64,000 nucleotides of DNA from an uncultured delta proteobacterium (GTDB lineage: Bacteria > Desulfobacterota > WTBG01): positions 64,001 to 128,000 of the forward strand of contig CAWCBP010000006.1 in assembly GCA_963793865.1 (NCBI GenBank), written 5' to 3'. Under the pieces are notes generated by a model. The model made no database searches. It was not told the origin of the DNA and worked only from the letters and a program-made list of their open reading frames with translations. Of this stretch, positions 31,391 through 39,963 are shown piece by piece (the first letter of the stretch is position 1; each line of letters starts with the position of its first letter). Position numbers and translations under genes: made by a program.

Positions 31391-31500
31391 ATAAAAAAAC
31401 TGCTATTGTTGTAAAGGCCAATGCATTTGAAATATTAGAACCTTGGTAGAAGATATTCTTTATAATATGAGATTAAATTTTCATTTTTTCTCCTCCTCTC

Positions 31501-31540
31501 AATACCCCTTCAGCAGCATCAACTGAGGGGGTATTTTTTT
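31501..31540 (+). terminator. Rho-independent terminator, island repeat family
   Basis: aataccccttcag-loop-ctgagggggta followed by T7. Confidence 0.8.
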
Positions 31541-31683
31541 AGGCTTATCACGGATGCTTTTACCCCACTCGCTCAAACAAAATGTCACAAATATGGCACA
31601 AATGACATTTTCAGCAAAAAATGAGTGCTCTGGAGTTGTTGTCTGGAAAGCTCTAACTAATTGATAAGACTTACTAAAAGATA

Positions 31684-31770
31684 TGGTGCCGAAGGGGGGA
31701 CTCGAACCCCCACGGGCTTGCTCCCACTAGACCCTGAACCTAGCGTGTCTGCCAATTCCGCCACTTCGGC
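31684..31770 (-). tRNA. tRNA-Leu(CAG)
   Basis: GCCGAAGTGGCGGAATTGGCAGAC...CTAGG-TTCAGGG-TCTAG...GGTTCGAGTCC...TTCGGCACCA; long variable arm, encoded CCA. Confidence 0.97.
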
Positions 31771-31856
31771 ACTTGCAAAAGACAGGCAGGAGTGCTATAT
31801 GAGGAAAACGTTGATGATTGATATACCAGATAAGCGGTTTTGTCAATGGTAAAAGC

Positions 31857-31905
31857 GATGTGGGATGTGTGATATGAGATGTGAGATGGGGGATATGCGA
31901 TAGGA
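31857..31905 (+). repeat. Heptamer array (GATRTGN)x7, left arm
   Basis: gatgtgg gatgtgt gatatga gatgtga gatgggg gatatgc gatagga. Confidence 0.9.
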
Positions 31906-31914
31906 AATTTGTGA

Positions 31915-32295
31915 GTGGGTGAACACAAAACCTATAAAGATCTTGAGGTTTATCAAATTGTTCATGCCCTGGGGGTGAAATTACATGAGTATTCACTCGA
32001 GTTGCCAAGATTTGAACAATATGAAGCAGGTAGCCAACTACGACGCGCATCCAAATCAATTTCGGCGAACATAGTTGAAGGCTTCGGTCGCAGAAGATAT
32101 AAAGCAGAATTTATTCGTTTTTTAGTTTTTGCCCACTCCTCATGCAATGAAACAATAGAATGGATGGAATATATAAGAGACTGTTATCCTGATTTAGAAG
32201 ATAATAATGTTATGGAAATATTGCAGAAGCTGGACGAACTTGGGAGAAAACTCAATAGTTTTATCAGAGCGGTTGAAAAGGAACACAAGTCATAA
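31915..32295 (+). CDS. Four-helix-bundle protein (TIGR02436 / 23S rRNA IVS protein family)
   Basis: YKDLEVYQ, LPRFEQYEAGSQLRRASKSISANIVEGFGR, FIRFLVFAHSSCNET. Confidence 0.92.
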   Translation: MGEHKTYKDLEVYQIVHALGVKLHEYSLELPRFEQYEAGSQLRRASKSISANIVEGFGRRRYKAEFIRFLVFAHSSCNETIEWMEYIRDCYPDLEDNNVMEILQKLDELGRKLNSFIRAVEKEHKS

Positions 32296-32312
32296 TGTCA
32301 CAGGAGAAGATA

Positions 32313-32347
32313 ATATATCCCATGCCCCACATCGCACATCACACATC
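32313..32347 (+). repeat. Heptamer array (NCAYATC)x5, right arm (inverted)
   Basis: atatatc ccatgcc ccacatc gcacatc acacatc. Confidence 0.85.
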
Positions 32348-32362
32348 CCCTAAAAGTCTTGT

Positions 32363-32770
32363 ATGGATGAACTGAAAAGTCTGGAAGATAACGGCATGTG
32401 CTTTGCCTGCGGGAAGAAGAATGAAAAGGGTCTTCATCTGGAATTCTCTTTTCACGAGCAGGAAAAGAGCGTGGAGATGACCTTTTGCCCGCAGGATACG
32501 CACCAGGGCTGGCAGGGCATTGTGCATGGCGGCATTATCTCGACCCTCATGGATGAGGCCATGGCCAAGCTGGCCCAGCTTCTCGGATTGCACGCGCTGA
32601 CTGCATCGCTCGATGTGCGCTTTAAAGAAGTTGCCAGAACAGGAGAACCGCTGTATGTGAGAGCCGAGTTGGCTAAACTTACCAAGAAACTGATCTATGC
32701 CAAAGCGGTTGCCGGCCGTGCTGATGGCAGTGTTGTGGCCGAGGCACAGGCGAAGCTGATAATCATGTAA
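32363..32770 (+). CDS. PaaI family (hotdog) thioesterase
   Basis: CFACG.KN..GL, HQGWQGIVHGGIISTLMDEAM. Confidence 0.92.
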   Translation: MDELKSLEDNGMCFACGKKNEKGLHLEFSFHEQEKSVEMTFCPQDTHQGWQGIVHGGIISTLMDEAMAKLAQLLGLHALTASLDVRFKEVARTGEPLYVRAELAKLTKKLIYAKAVAGRADGSVVAEAQAKLIIM

Positions 32771-32775
32771 GGAGC

Positions 32776-32977
32776 GATCTGCGATGTGCGATATGAGATG
32801 TGAGATGAAAGATGCAAGAGGATGCATGATCAAAGAAAACTCGCAATCCGAAGCACGAAATCCGGAACAAATAAAATGACCCAATCCTCTGTCGGTTCCT
32901 GTTTGTTTCATGAACATGCATCTTGTATCAGGTATCGTGTATCACATCGTTGATATCCCCGATCGCACATCTGCGCT
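32776..32977. repeat. Nested inverted heptamer arrays, empty site
   Basis: gatctgc gatgtgc gatatga gatgtga gatgaaa gatgcaa ... cgaagca cgaaatc ... ttgtatc aggtatc gtgtatc ... cccgatc gcacatc. Confidence 0.8.
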
Positions 32978-32982
32978 CTATT

Positions 32983-33906
32983 ATGAAACTGTTTGAAGGC
33001 GCCTCCCAGATTAAGGAAAAGCTGCAAAATCCGGTGGTTACCATCGGGAATTTTGATGGGGTGCATCTGGGCCACCAGGCGCTTTTCGCAAAGGTTATAG
33101 ACAGGGCCCATTCCATCAATGGCGTTTCCGTGGTTTACACCTTTGACCCCCATCCCCTCAAGGTGCTGCAGCCGCATCGTCCTTTCCCCCTCATTACCAC
33201 CCGTGAGGAAAAACAGCAGGCAATCGAGCGATATGGTATTGATGTGCTGATTCGGGAGCACTTTACCGAGGCCTTTGCCCGGCTCTCAACGGAAAGTTTT
33301 GTGGGCGACATTCTGTGCGGCTTCATTCAGGCAAAAGAGGTTTTCATCGGCCCTGATTACCGTTTCGGGCAAGGCAGAAAAGGGACTACCGATCTGCTCA
33401 GGAGCCTCGGCGAGCGGTGCGGCCTCAAGGTAAACATTTTGGAAAATATAGAGGTCGGCGGGGTTGAAGTGCGGAGCACCGTGATCAGAAACCTCATTTT
33501 TGAAGGGAGGGTGAGAGAGGCGACACATTTTCTGGGCCGGCCCTATACCTTGAAAGGCAAGGTGATTACGGGACATGCCATTGGCAGGGCGATCGGTATT
33601 CGTACTGCAAATCTGGATCCGGAGAAAGAGCTTTATCCCCGAAGCGGCATTTTTGCTGTCAGGGTGCTCTTTGACGGAAACTGTGCGAAAGGCGTACTCA
33701 ACATAGGCAGCAATCCAACTTTTCCGGGAAAGGGGTTTTCAATCGAAGTGCACATCCTGGACTTTGCGCAGGACCTCTATGGCAGTCAGATTGAACTGAT
33801 TTTTATCCAAAAGCTGAGGGATGAGAAAAAATTCGAATCACCGGTGGAACTGGTGGAGCAGATCAGGAAGGATATTGAGGCGGCCAGACAGATCTTAAAA
33901 TCTTAA
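32983..33906 (+). CDS. ribF: Bifunctional riboflavin kinase/FAD synthetase
   Basis: TIGNFDGVHLGH, TFDPHP, RTANL, NIGSNPTF, IEVHILDF, LRDEKKF. Confidence 0.96.
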   Translation: MKLFEGASQIKEKLQNPVVTIGNFDGVHLGHQALFAKVIDRAHSINGVSVVYTFDPHPLKVLQPHRPFPLITTREEKQQAIERYGIDVLIREHFTEAFARLSTESFVGDILCGFIQAKEVFIGPDYRFGQGRKGTTDLLRSLGERCGLKVNILENIEVGGVEVRSTVIRNLIFEGRVREATHFLGRPYTLKGKVITGHAIGRAIGIRTANLDPEKELYPRSGIFAVRVLFDGNCAKGVLNIGSNPTFPGKGFSIEVHILDFAQDLYGSQIELIFIQKLRDEKKFESPVELVEQIRKDIEAARQILKS

Positions 33907-33925
33907 GCGGGCTTTGAGAGATAAG

Positions 33926-34141
33926 TTATTCGGCATCAACTTGATCCGCTTCCGCCCGCCTCTTTACGCCGAAGGCGATGACGGCAATCCCCGCCATAGA
34001 GAAGATATAGCCTGCAACCGTTACCGCTTTACCTGTGGTTCCGCTCAATTCGGGTGCAAGGAGGCGAACGGCCGCCAAGCCGATCAGCGCGACAACCGTG
34101 CCTGTCAGCCAATAACCTTTTTTTGCCCGAATTGGGTTCAT
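33926..34141 (-). CDS. Small two-TM membrane protein
   Basis: ATGA overlap with the oadB stop; two hydrophobic helices. Confidence 0.65.
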   Translation of the reverse strand: MNPIRAKKGYWLTGTVVALIGLAAVRLLAPELSGTTGKAVTVAGYIFSMAGIAVIAFGVKRRAEADQVDAE

Positions 34142-35343
34142 CGCAACAGGGTCACATAAATGGCGGCGAGGATGGCCGTCGTGATCACGCCGCAAACGTT
34201 GGCCCCCATGGCGAATGGCAGGATCATCGCATGCTTGTTGACCAGTCGTACCTCCTTCTGGACCACCTTGGCCGTCGTCGGCACACAGGAGACGCCGGCA
34301 ATGCCCACGGCGGGATTATATTTCCCCTTGGTTAAAAAATACACGATATACCCGCCGATAATGCCGCCGACACCAGAGAGCAGAAGGGCCAGACTCCCGA
34401 GAAAAAGCAGAATCCACACCTTGGGATTCAAAATCGTGTTCGCCTCGCACAGGACCCCCAGGAGCAGTCCGAGGAAGAAGGTCGAACCATAGAGAACGGT
34501 GCTTTCCATGAATTCCACAAAGCGGGTCACACCCGATTCCTTGATGACGACGCCTACAAAAAAAGAGAGGAACAGGGGTGCCGCCACCGGAAAGAGGAGG
34601 CTGAGTATGGTGCACGTAATCGTGGCAAAAGCCATTTTTTCACCCGGAGTGATTTTGGGGATGCCTTTAATGTCCATCTTGATGCCCCGGAGTTTCGCCG
34701 GAACCAGGAGCCGGATCATGTAGGGGTAAACGGCATAGGTCAAACTCAGATAAAGGTAGGCGACGATGGTGATGGGGACGAAGAGATGCTTTGCCAACAT
34801 GAGAGAGGTAAACAGAACCATGGGACCATCCGCCCCGCCGACAATGGCGATCGCAGCTGCTTCCTGAGGAGTCAGGCCCATCCAGACGGCAATGGGAAGG
34901 GTGGCCACTGAGCCCAGCTCGGCAAAGACGGCAATGAACATGCTGGTGAAAGGTTTCATCATGACATAGCCCACATCGGTGATGACGCCGATTCCCATGA
35001 AGACCAGACAAGCAATGAGGCCGTTGCTGAAAGTAAAGGTGTAGATTGGTTGAAGCCAGTTGATCTGCAGGATGTCCATCAATTTTGCCGTATCACTGAC
35101 CATGGGATCGACGAAGATGGTTCCCATGGTGTTGGCCGACAGGAAAAGCACGGCGGCGTTGACGGTCGCCATCCCCAATCCCATGGGAATCATGATCAGA
35201 GGTTCGAGAATTCCCTTGGCGCCAAAATAGACAAAGGCAATTCCCAGCGCAATGAGAAAAAGCCGGCCGAAGGCGATCATCGGCTCGCCATAAACCATGG
35301 TCGCAATACCCTGAAATAGATATAAAATATCAAATTGAGGCAT
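34138..35343 (-). CDS. oadB: Na+-translocating decarboxylase beta subunit (OadB/MmdB/GcdB family)
   Basis: EPLIMIPMG, AIVGGADGP, AYLYLSL, GIAGVSCVPT, MGANVCGVI; highly hydrophobic. Confidence 0.92.
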   Translation of the reverse strand: MPQFDILYLFQGIATMVYGEPMIAFGRLFLIALGIAFVYFGAKGILEPLIMIPMGLGMATVNAAVLFLSANTMGTIFVDPMVSDTAKLMDILQINWLQPIYTFTFSNGLIACLVFMGIGVITDVGYVMMKPFTSMFIAVFAELGSVATLPIAVWMGLTPQEAAAIAIVGGADGPMVLFTSLMLAKHLFVPITIVAYLYLSLTYAVYPYMIRLLVPAKLRGIKMDIKGIPKITPGEKMAFATITCTILSLLFPVAAPLFLSFFVGVVIKESGVTRFVEFMESTVLYGSTFFLGLLLGVLCEANTILNPKVWILLFLGSLALLLSGVGGIIGGYIVYFLTKGKYNPAVGIAGVSCVPTTAKVVQKEVRLVNKHAMILPFAMGANVCGVITTAILAAIYVTLLR

Positions 35344-35362
35344 ATTAATTAAATTCCTTTCG

Positions 35363-35524
35363 TTATTTGGATGAATCAATTTTCGTTGCCGTTTCAGAGC
35401 GACCCGCTTCGAGGATGCGGCACAGGATCGAAATGATTACGGCAATACCTAGAGAGATGACAGCGCAGAGAAAATACGTCAGTGCCGCAATCTGGATCGG
35501 CCCCATGTTTGTTGCTGTGTTCAT
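35363..35524 (-). CDS. Small single-TM protein, probable OadG-like subunit
   Basis: SD aaggag, 53 aa, one TM helix, immediately upstream of the beta subunit. Confidence 0.6.
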   Translation of the reverse strand: MNTATNMGPIQIAALTYFLCAVISLGIAVIISILCRILEAGRSETATKIDSSK

Positions 35525-35832
35525 TATTACTGTCTCCTTATCATGAAGGTAATCTATATTCCACTTTGTTCCCTTTCGAGGCAAAAGGACGAAGAGGGTG
35601 TCATGGTCATGAACGCTACATTTTCCGCTATTTCTGAATAAATCCTTATGGTGAAACCTCTTAAGGCAACTATAGTGGAGCCCCTTACCGGATAACGGCA
35701 AAGTTGTCAAGTTTTTGTTTGATAAGAACGTGCTTTCTGACGGGAGCAGTATGGATTTCGTATTTCGTGCTTCGAACGTAGGACTTCCTCTGCCTCCATC
35801 TTGCATCACGTTCCATATCCTCCCTCACAGGC

Positions 35833-37749
35833 TCAACCCTTCTTCTCCCTCAGCACCCTCTTGTCCCCCACCCGTATGGTGATCTTGGATTGATCAAAAT
35901 ATTCCAGCAGCGGTATGGCAAATTTGCGGGAGGCCTGGATGAGTTCCTTGAACTGGGCGGGGGTAATCTCGCCGTTTTTTTTGAGCGTCGCAACCAGGGT
36001 TCTGGTGAGCCCTTCGATCGCCTCCCGATGAAACCAGAGATTTTCTTTAACCTTTACCAGCTGACCGTCGGAGGTGAGCAGGTCAATAATTGACTGCGTT
36101 TCCTTCGCCGGGCTGCGGAGCTGTTCAACCAATTCCTTAACCGTGGGCGGTGTGAGACTGCTCTTGAGGTACAGGGCGGCAATCTTTTCCTTCAGGTCCT
36201 TTTGGGCATCTTTCAGCTGCGGCTTGTATTCCTGCAGCCACAGCTTGTCTTTATCCACCGTGAGCCGGCCTGCGTTGAACAGATCGTTCAGCAGATGCTG
36301 AAAGAGACGGGTGTCAACCAGCTGCGGAAGCTTGCTTTTCAGTTCCTCTTTGAGCATGCCCTGTTTAAGGGGGAATTTTTTATGGTAGTCATTGATTTCA
36401 TCCAGCACCAGCGACTTCAGCTTTTCATAGTGCTCTGCGGCAATAACCTTGGAGGTTTCCCTGTCAATGAGCACCAGCTTTTTTTCTCCGGTGAGGGAGC
36501 CCAGCAGGCCGGTAAGCTGTGAGGCGCCCTTGCCCATCCGCGCGGTGATCTGCTGCAGGTCAAGTCCCGCAAAGCCCGCATCGGATATGAAGAGCAGGGC
36601 CTGCTCCTTTTCCGTGCCGGCTTGTATGGCGCTGAGCTGTCCCACCGTCTCTTCCGCCAGTCTCTTGTGCTTGTGGGGATGGGCGTCGAGCACTTCGCCT
36701 CCGCCGATGGTGTAGAGCGGCGAATAACTCCTCATGACGAACCGGTCATGGGGAAGGACAACAACCGGCTCCTCGAGAATGATCTGGGCGAGGGAGCTGC
36801 TGCCGGGCGACAGTTCGTCCTTGTCCAGCAGAATGACCTTGCAGAGCACCTCGCTGGTTCCGCTGTGGAACCGCGCCAGGGAACGGTTTTTAAGCGGCTT
36901 CGATGAAGAGGGGAGGTGTTCGAGCTTTACGTCAATCCTCGCGGTGGGCTCCAAAGTGCGGGGATGTACCAGCATGCTTCCTTTTTGGACCGCTTCCTTC
37001 TCAAGTCCCTGCAGGTTAATGGCCGTCCTCAAACCGGCGGTTGCCTGCGATACCTGCAGGTTGTGCACCTGAATGCCGCGCACCCTGGCTTCAAAACGGC
37101 CGGGGAGTATCTCCACGCCGTCCCCCACCGACACGGATCCGGAAATGAGGGTGCCGGTTACAACCGTTCCGAAGCCTTTCATGCTGAAAACGCGGTCGAT
37201 GGGGAGCCTGAAAATACCCGCTGACGGCCTTTCTTCAATCTCCCGGGCCATTTGCTCCATGACCGCAATAAGCGAAGTGATTCCCTCTCCCGTGACCGAG
37301 GAGAGGGGAACGATCGGCGCCTGCTCCAGAAAACTTCCCTTGCCGAATGCCCTTATTTCTTGCTGGACCAGCTGGAGCCACTCTTCATCAACCAGGTCGG
37401 TTTTGGTGAGGGCAATGATGCCTCTCCGGGTTTTGAGTATTTTGCAGATGTCAAGGTGCTCCCGGGTCTGCGGCATGATCCCTTCATCAGCCGCGATGGT
37501 GAACAGCACGATGTCGATGCCGCCGACACCCGCGACCATGTTCCTGATGAATTTTTCGTGTCCGGGAACATCCACTATGCCGAGCCGCTGTCCGCCGGGC
37601 AGTAAAAAAGAGGTAAACCCCAGCTGTATGGTAATACCTCTTTCCTTTTCTTCCTTCAGCCGGTCAAGGTCGACGCCGGTTAAGGTTTTAATGAGCGTGG
37701 TTTTGCCGTGATCAATGTGGCCGGCAGTCCCGAGGATGACATGTTTCAT
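35833..37749 (-). CDS. selB: Selenocysteine-specific elongation factor
   Basis: GTAGHIDHGKT, EEKERGITI, DVPGHEKF, C-terminal winged helix SRKFAIPLLEYFD. Confidence 0.97.
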   Translation of the reverse strand: MKHVILGTAGHIDHGKTTLIKTLTGVDLDRLKEEKERGITIQLGFTSFLLPGGQRLGIVDVPGHEKFIRNMVAGVGGIDIVLFTIAADEGIMPQTREHLDICKILKTRRGIIALTKTDLVDEEWLQLVQQEIRAFGKGSFLEQAPIVPLSSVTGEGITSLIAVMEQMAREIEERPSAGIFRLPIDRVFSMKGFGTVVTGTLISGSVSVGDGVEILPGRFEARVRGIQVHNLQVSQATAGLRTAINLQGLEKEAVQKGSMLVHPRTLEPTARIDVKLEHLPSSSKPLKNRSLARFHSGTSEVLCKVILLDKDELSPGSSSLAQIILEEPVVVLPHDRFVMRSYSPLYTIGGGEVLDAHPHKHKRLAEETVGQLSAIQAGTEKEQALLFISDAGFAGLDLQQITARMGKGASQLTGLLGSLTGEKKLVLIDRETSKVIAAEHYEKLKSLVLDEINDYHKKFPLKQGMLKEELKSKLPQLVDTRLFQHLLNDLFNAGRLTVDKDKLWLQEYKPQLKDAQKDLKEKIAALYLKSSLTPPTVKELVEQLRSPAKETQSIIDLLTSDGQLVKVKENLWFHREAIEGLTRTLVATLKKNGEITPAQFKELIQASRKFAIPLLEYFDQSKITIRVGDKRVLREKKG

Positions 37750-37880
37750 AAAGGTTGGGCGATTACAGGCGGATGAGCAGCTTCATGTATCACATACCTT
37801 AAACGAAAGCCGGCTCCTTTTCAACATAATTTTGCCCTTCGGGGAAGATGTCCGGTAAATCAGGGTGACAACGAGAAGCA

Positions 37881-37910
37881 GTGAATTACCCCGCAGCAGA
37901 GCCGCGGGGT
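37881..37910. repeat. IS200/IS605-type end-like hairpin remnant
   Basis: gtgaattaccccgcagcagagccgcggggt: short GC hairpin resembling IS605-family ends; no transposase nearby. Confidence 0.4.
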
Positions 37911-38046
37911 TTTCCGGCACGATTTAAAAAGGGAGAAAAGATGGGCTGCGCAGGACTGCTGGAGATGTACTGCGACCTCTCTGATAGAGAGGTAATTGTG
38001 GTTGCGGGATTACGAGCGCACTTTAAACGCGAGCACGGGTGCTCCC

Positions 38047-38466
38047 TTATTCCTCCAGATCTTCGGTATCGATACTGGACAGGTCGCGGTATGGCGCTTC
38101 TTCCTCGATCTTTTTGAAGGATCCCGTCTGCTTTTCGTGGATTGATTTGCAGGGAACGCAGAGAAGTGCAAAGGGCATTATTTTCAGCCGTTCGGGGGAT
38201 ATTTTTTTGCCGCATTCCTCGCAGATACCATAGGTACCGTCTTCGATCCGCTGCAGGGCTTCCTCTATTTCGATAAGCTTTTCCCGGTCACGATCGCTCA
38301 GGATATGCGAGAGCTGGCGGTCTCTTTCATGGTCCGCCCAGTCGTAGAGATCCATGATTTCGGCCTTCACGTCCTGGGCTTCAATATGTCTGTTTTTGGC
38401 AATCTCCTCGATGAGCTGCTCCCGCGATTTAATAAGCATTTTCTTAATGTTTTTATAGGTATTCAC
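38047..38466 (-). CDS. TraR/DksA family C4 zinc-finger regulator
   Basis: DxxDxA (DLYDWA), ALQRIEDGTYGICEECG, RLKIMPFALLCVPC. Confidence 0.92.
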   Translation of the reverse strand: MNTYKNIKKMLIKSREQLIEEIAKNRHIEAQDVKAEIMDLYDWADHERDRQLSHILSDRDREKLIEIEEALQRIEDGTYGICEECGKKISPERLKIMPFALLCVPCKSIHEKQTGSFKKIEEEAPYRDLSSIDTEDLEE

Positions 38467-38769
38467 GCGATGCCTCTCTTTTTTGTTTTGAGGGGAGATT
38501 TTATTTATCCAATAGCAGTTTTTTTGTCAATAAAAATTAGCTTAAAGGAATTATATTTTCAAGACAACGTCGAGAAATGCTCTTGTCTCATTAAAATTAG
38601 AGAAAACTATCGGCACCGGCCGCGGGAATCTTAAGCGCTGATTATCTTCATGTGGGAGGCCGTTTTGCACGGGCCAGGATGATTGAAGCGGTTAAACCCT
38701 TGTATCACAAATGCAAAATGTGCTGCAAATTGCCTGCAAACATTGCATGCTGCTTAGCCTAGAATTAGT

Positions 38770-39330
38770 TTGACAGGATGCCGGATTGAAATTATTATTT
38801 TTCACCCGCAGCTTTGGGACCCGGCTGCCGGGAAAGAGCGGAGGTTGGCCATCGTAAACAACAATCTGTCAAATGATGAACGCTTCATGAAACTGGCACT
38901 GGAGGAAGCTCGCATGGCTCTCGCGGAGGGTGAGGTTCCTGTCGGTGCCGTGCTTGTTGCAGAAGGTGAAGTGATCGCGCGCGCCCATAATCTGCCGATT
39001 TCCTTGCATGATCCTACTGCCCACGCTGAGATTCTGGCGCTGAGGGAGGCTGCCCTGAGAAAACAGAATTATCGCTTGCCCAACTCTATGCTTTATGTTA
39101 CGGTTGAACCTTGTTCCATGTGTGCCGGGGCGATGATTCATGCTCGTGTCGGCCGGTTGATATTCGGTACTGCCGATCCCAAGTCCGGCGCGTGCGGCTC
39201 CGTCTATGACCTACTTGCCGGACCAGGGAAGCATTCAGGTGTGACCGTCGTTTCCGGTGTGCTGGAAGGTGAATGCCGGGAAATTATTCAGGGGTTTTTC
39301 AGGACTAAGAGGTCTAAACAGGATGCATGA
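38770..39330 (+). CDS. tadA: tRNA adenosine(34) deaminase (start probably further downstream)
   Basis: GEVPVGAV, DPTAHAE, TVEPCSMCAGA. Confidence 0.95.
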   Translation: MTGCRIEIIIFHPQLWDPAAGKERRLAIVNNNLSNDERFMKLALEEARMALAEGEVPVGAVLVAEGEVIARAHNLPISLHDPTAHAEILALREAALRKQNYRLPNSMLYVTVEPCSMCAGAMIHARVGRLIFGTADPKSGACGSVYDLLAGPGKHSGVTVVSGVLEGECREIIQGFFRTKRSKQDA

Positions 39331-39497
39331 TGCAGGATACACGATGCAGGATGGGCCAAACCAATGTTCGTGACGATAGACAGTGCCGGCATACAATAAG
39401 AAGCGTTCCCGCAGAAATGTATTTGTGTAAAATTTGGACATTGTAATGCAGGATTTGTCCTTTTCCTGTATCCTGCATTATGGATCATGCATCGTGC
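39320..39497. repeat. Inverted heptamer arrays (GATRCAN variant), empty site
   Basis: ggatgca tgatgca ggataca cgatgca ggatggg ... tcctgta tcctgca ttatgga tcatgca tcgtgc. Confidence 0.8.
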
Positions 39498-39504
39498 TCT
39501 CAAA

Positions 39505-39593
39505 GGAGAGATGGCCGAGTGGTTGAAGGCGCCGCTCTCGAAAAGCGGTAACTCAAGAAATTGGGTTCGTGGGTTCGAATCCCACTCTCTCCG
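39505..39593 (+). tRNA. tRNA-Ser(CGA)
   Basis: GGAGAGATGGCCGAGTGG...CCGCT-CTCGAAA-AGCGG...GGTTCGAATCC...CTCTCCG; CCA not encoded. Confidence 0.95.
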
Positions 39594-39715
39594 CTTTTCT
39601 AAGTGTGCAGCTGCCGGTTGACAGTCAGCAGCCTGAAAGGGCAATGCTGAAAAACGAGGCTGCTTCTCGATGAGGATGTGCAAACTGTAAACTGATACCT
39701 GAACTCTGTTATTCT

Positions 39716-39808
39716 GGAGAGATGCCCGAGAGGCCGAAGGGGCGCGACTGGAAATCGCGTGTCCCGTCAAAAACGGGACCGTGGGTTCGAATCCCACTCT
39801 CTCCGCCA
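39716..39808 (+). tRNA. tRNA-Ser(GGA)
   Basis: GGAGAGATG...CGCGA-CTGGAAA-TCGCG...GGTTCGAATCC...CTCTCCGCCA. Confidence 0.96.
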
Positions 39809-39838
39809 GGTTTTTTTGCCACAGCAGCATAGATAATT

Positions 39839-39940
39839 GATAGCTGGGTCCTGCGCAACGAAAATTTACAAACCCCGTCAGGTCCGGAAGGAAGCAGCGG
39901 TAGTAAAACCTTTCGTGTGCCGCAGGGTAGCCTGGCTATC
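39839..39940 (+). ncRNA. ffs: Signal recognition particle 4.5S RNA
   Basis: Conserved GTCAGGTCCGGAAGGAAGCAGC in a long hairpin; canonical position upstream of dnaX. Confidence 0.96.
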
Positions 39941-39963
39941 ATTTTTTTAAGGGGTGTTATATC

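Larger units (their letters stand above)
10315..31683. mobile_element. AT-rich genomic island adjoining the 3' end of tRNA-Leu(CAG); no integrase seen
   Basis: Abrupt visible shift to AT-rich sequence, right border at the tRNA 3' end, direct repeat tgtcacaaat/tggcacaaat at 31583-31603, paralogous signalling cargo. Left border approximate. Confidence 0.65.

Noticed and set aside
31474..31500. Minus-strand SD + ATG (gaggaggagaaaaaATG) as a small toxin gene
   Set aside because: The frame closes after three codons (MKI*).
31915..32295. Four-helix-bundle gene as part of a diversity-generating retroelement
   Set aside because: No reverse transcriptase and no TR/VR pair differing at adenines seen in the window.
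35525..35750. Na+, Li+ or fluoride riboswitch upstream of the decarboxylase genes
   Set aside because: The context is suggestive, but I could not match the consensus motifs by eye; needs an Infernal scan.
35833..37749. Selenoprotein (UGA read-through) explanation for the split ORFs
   Set aside because: The breaks are frame changes, not in-frame TGA codons at Cys positions; no selenoprotein was identified here.
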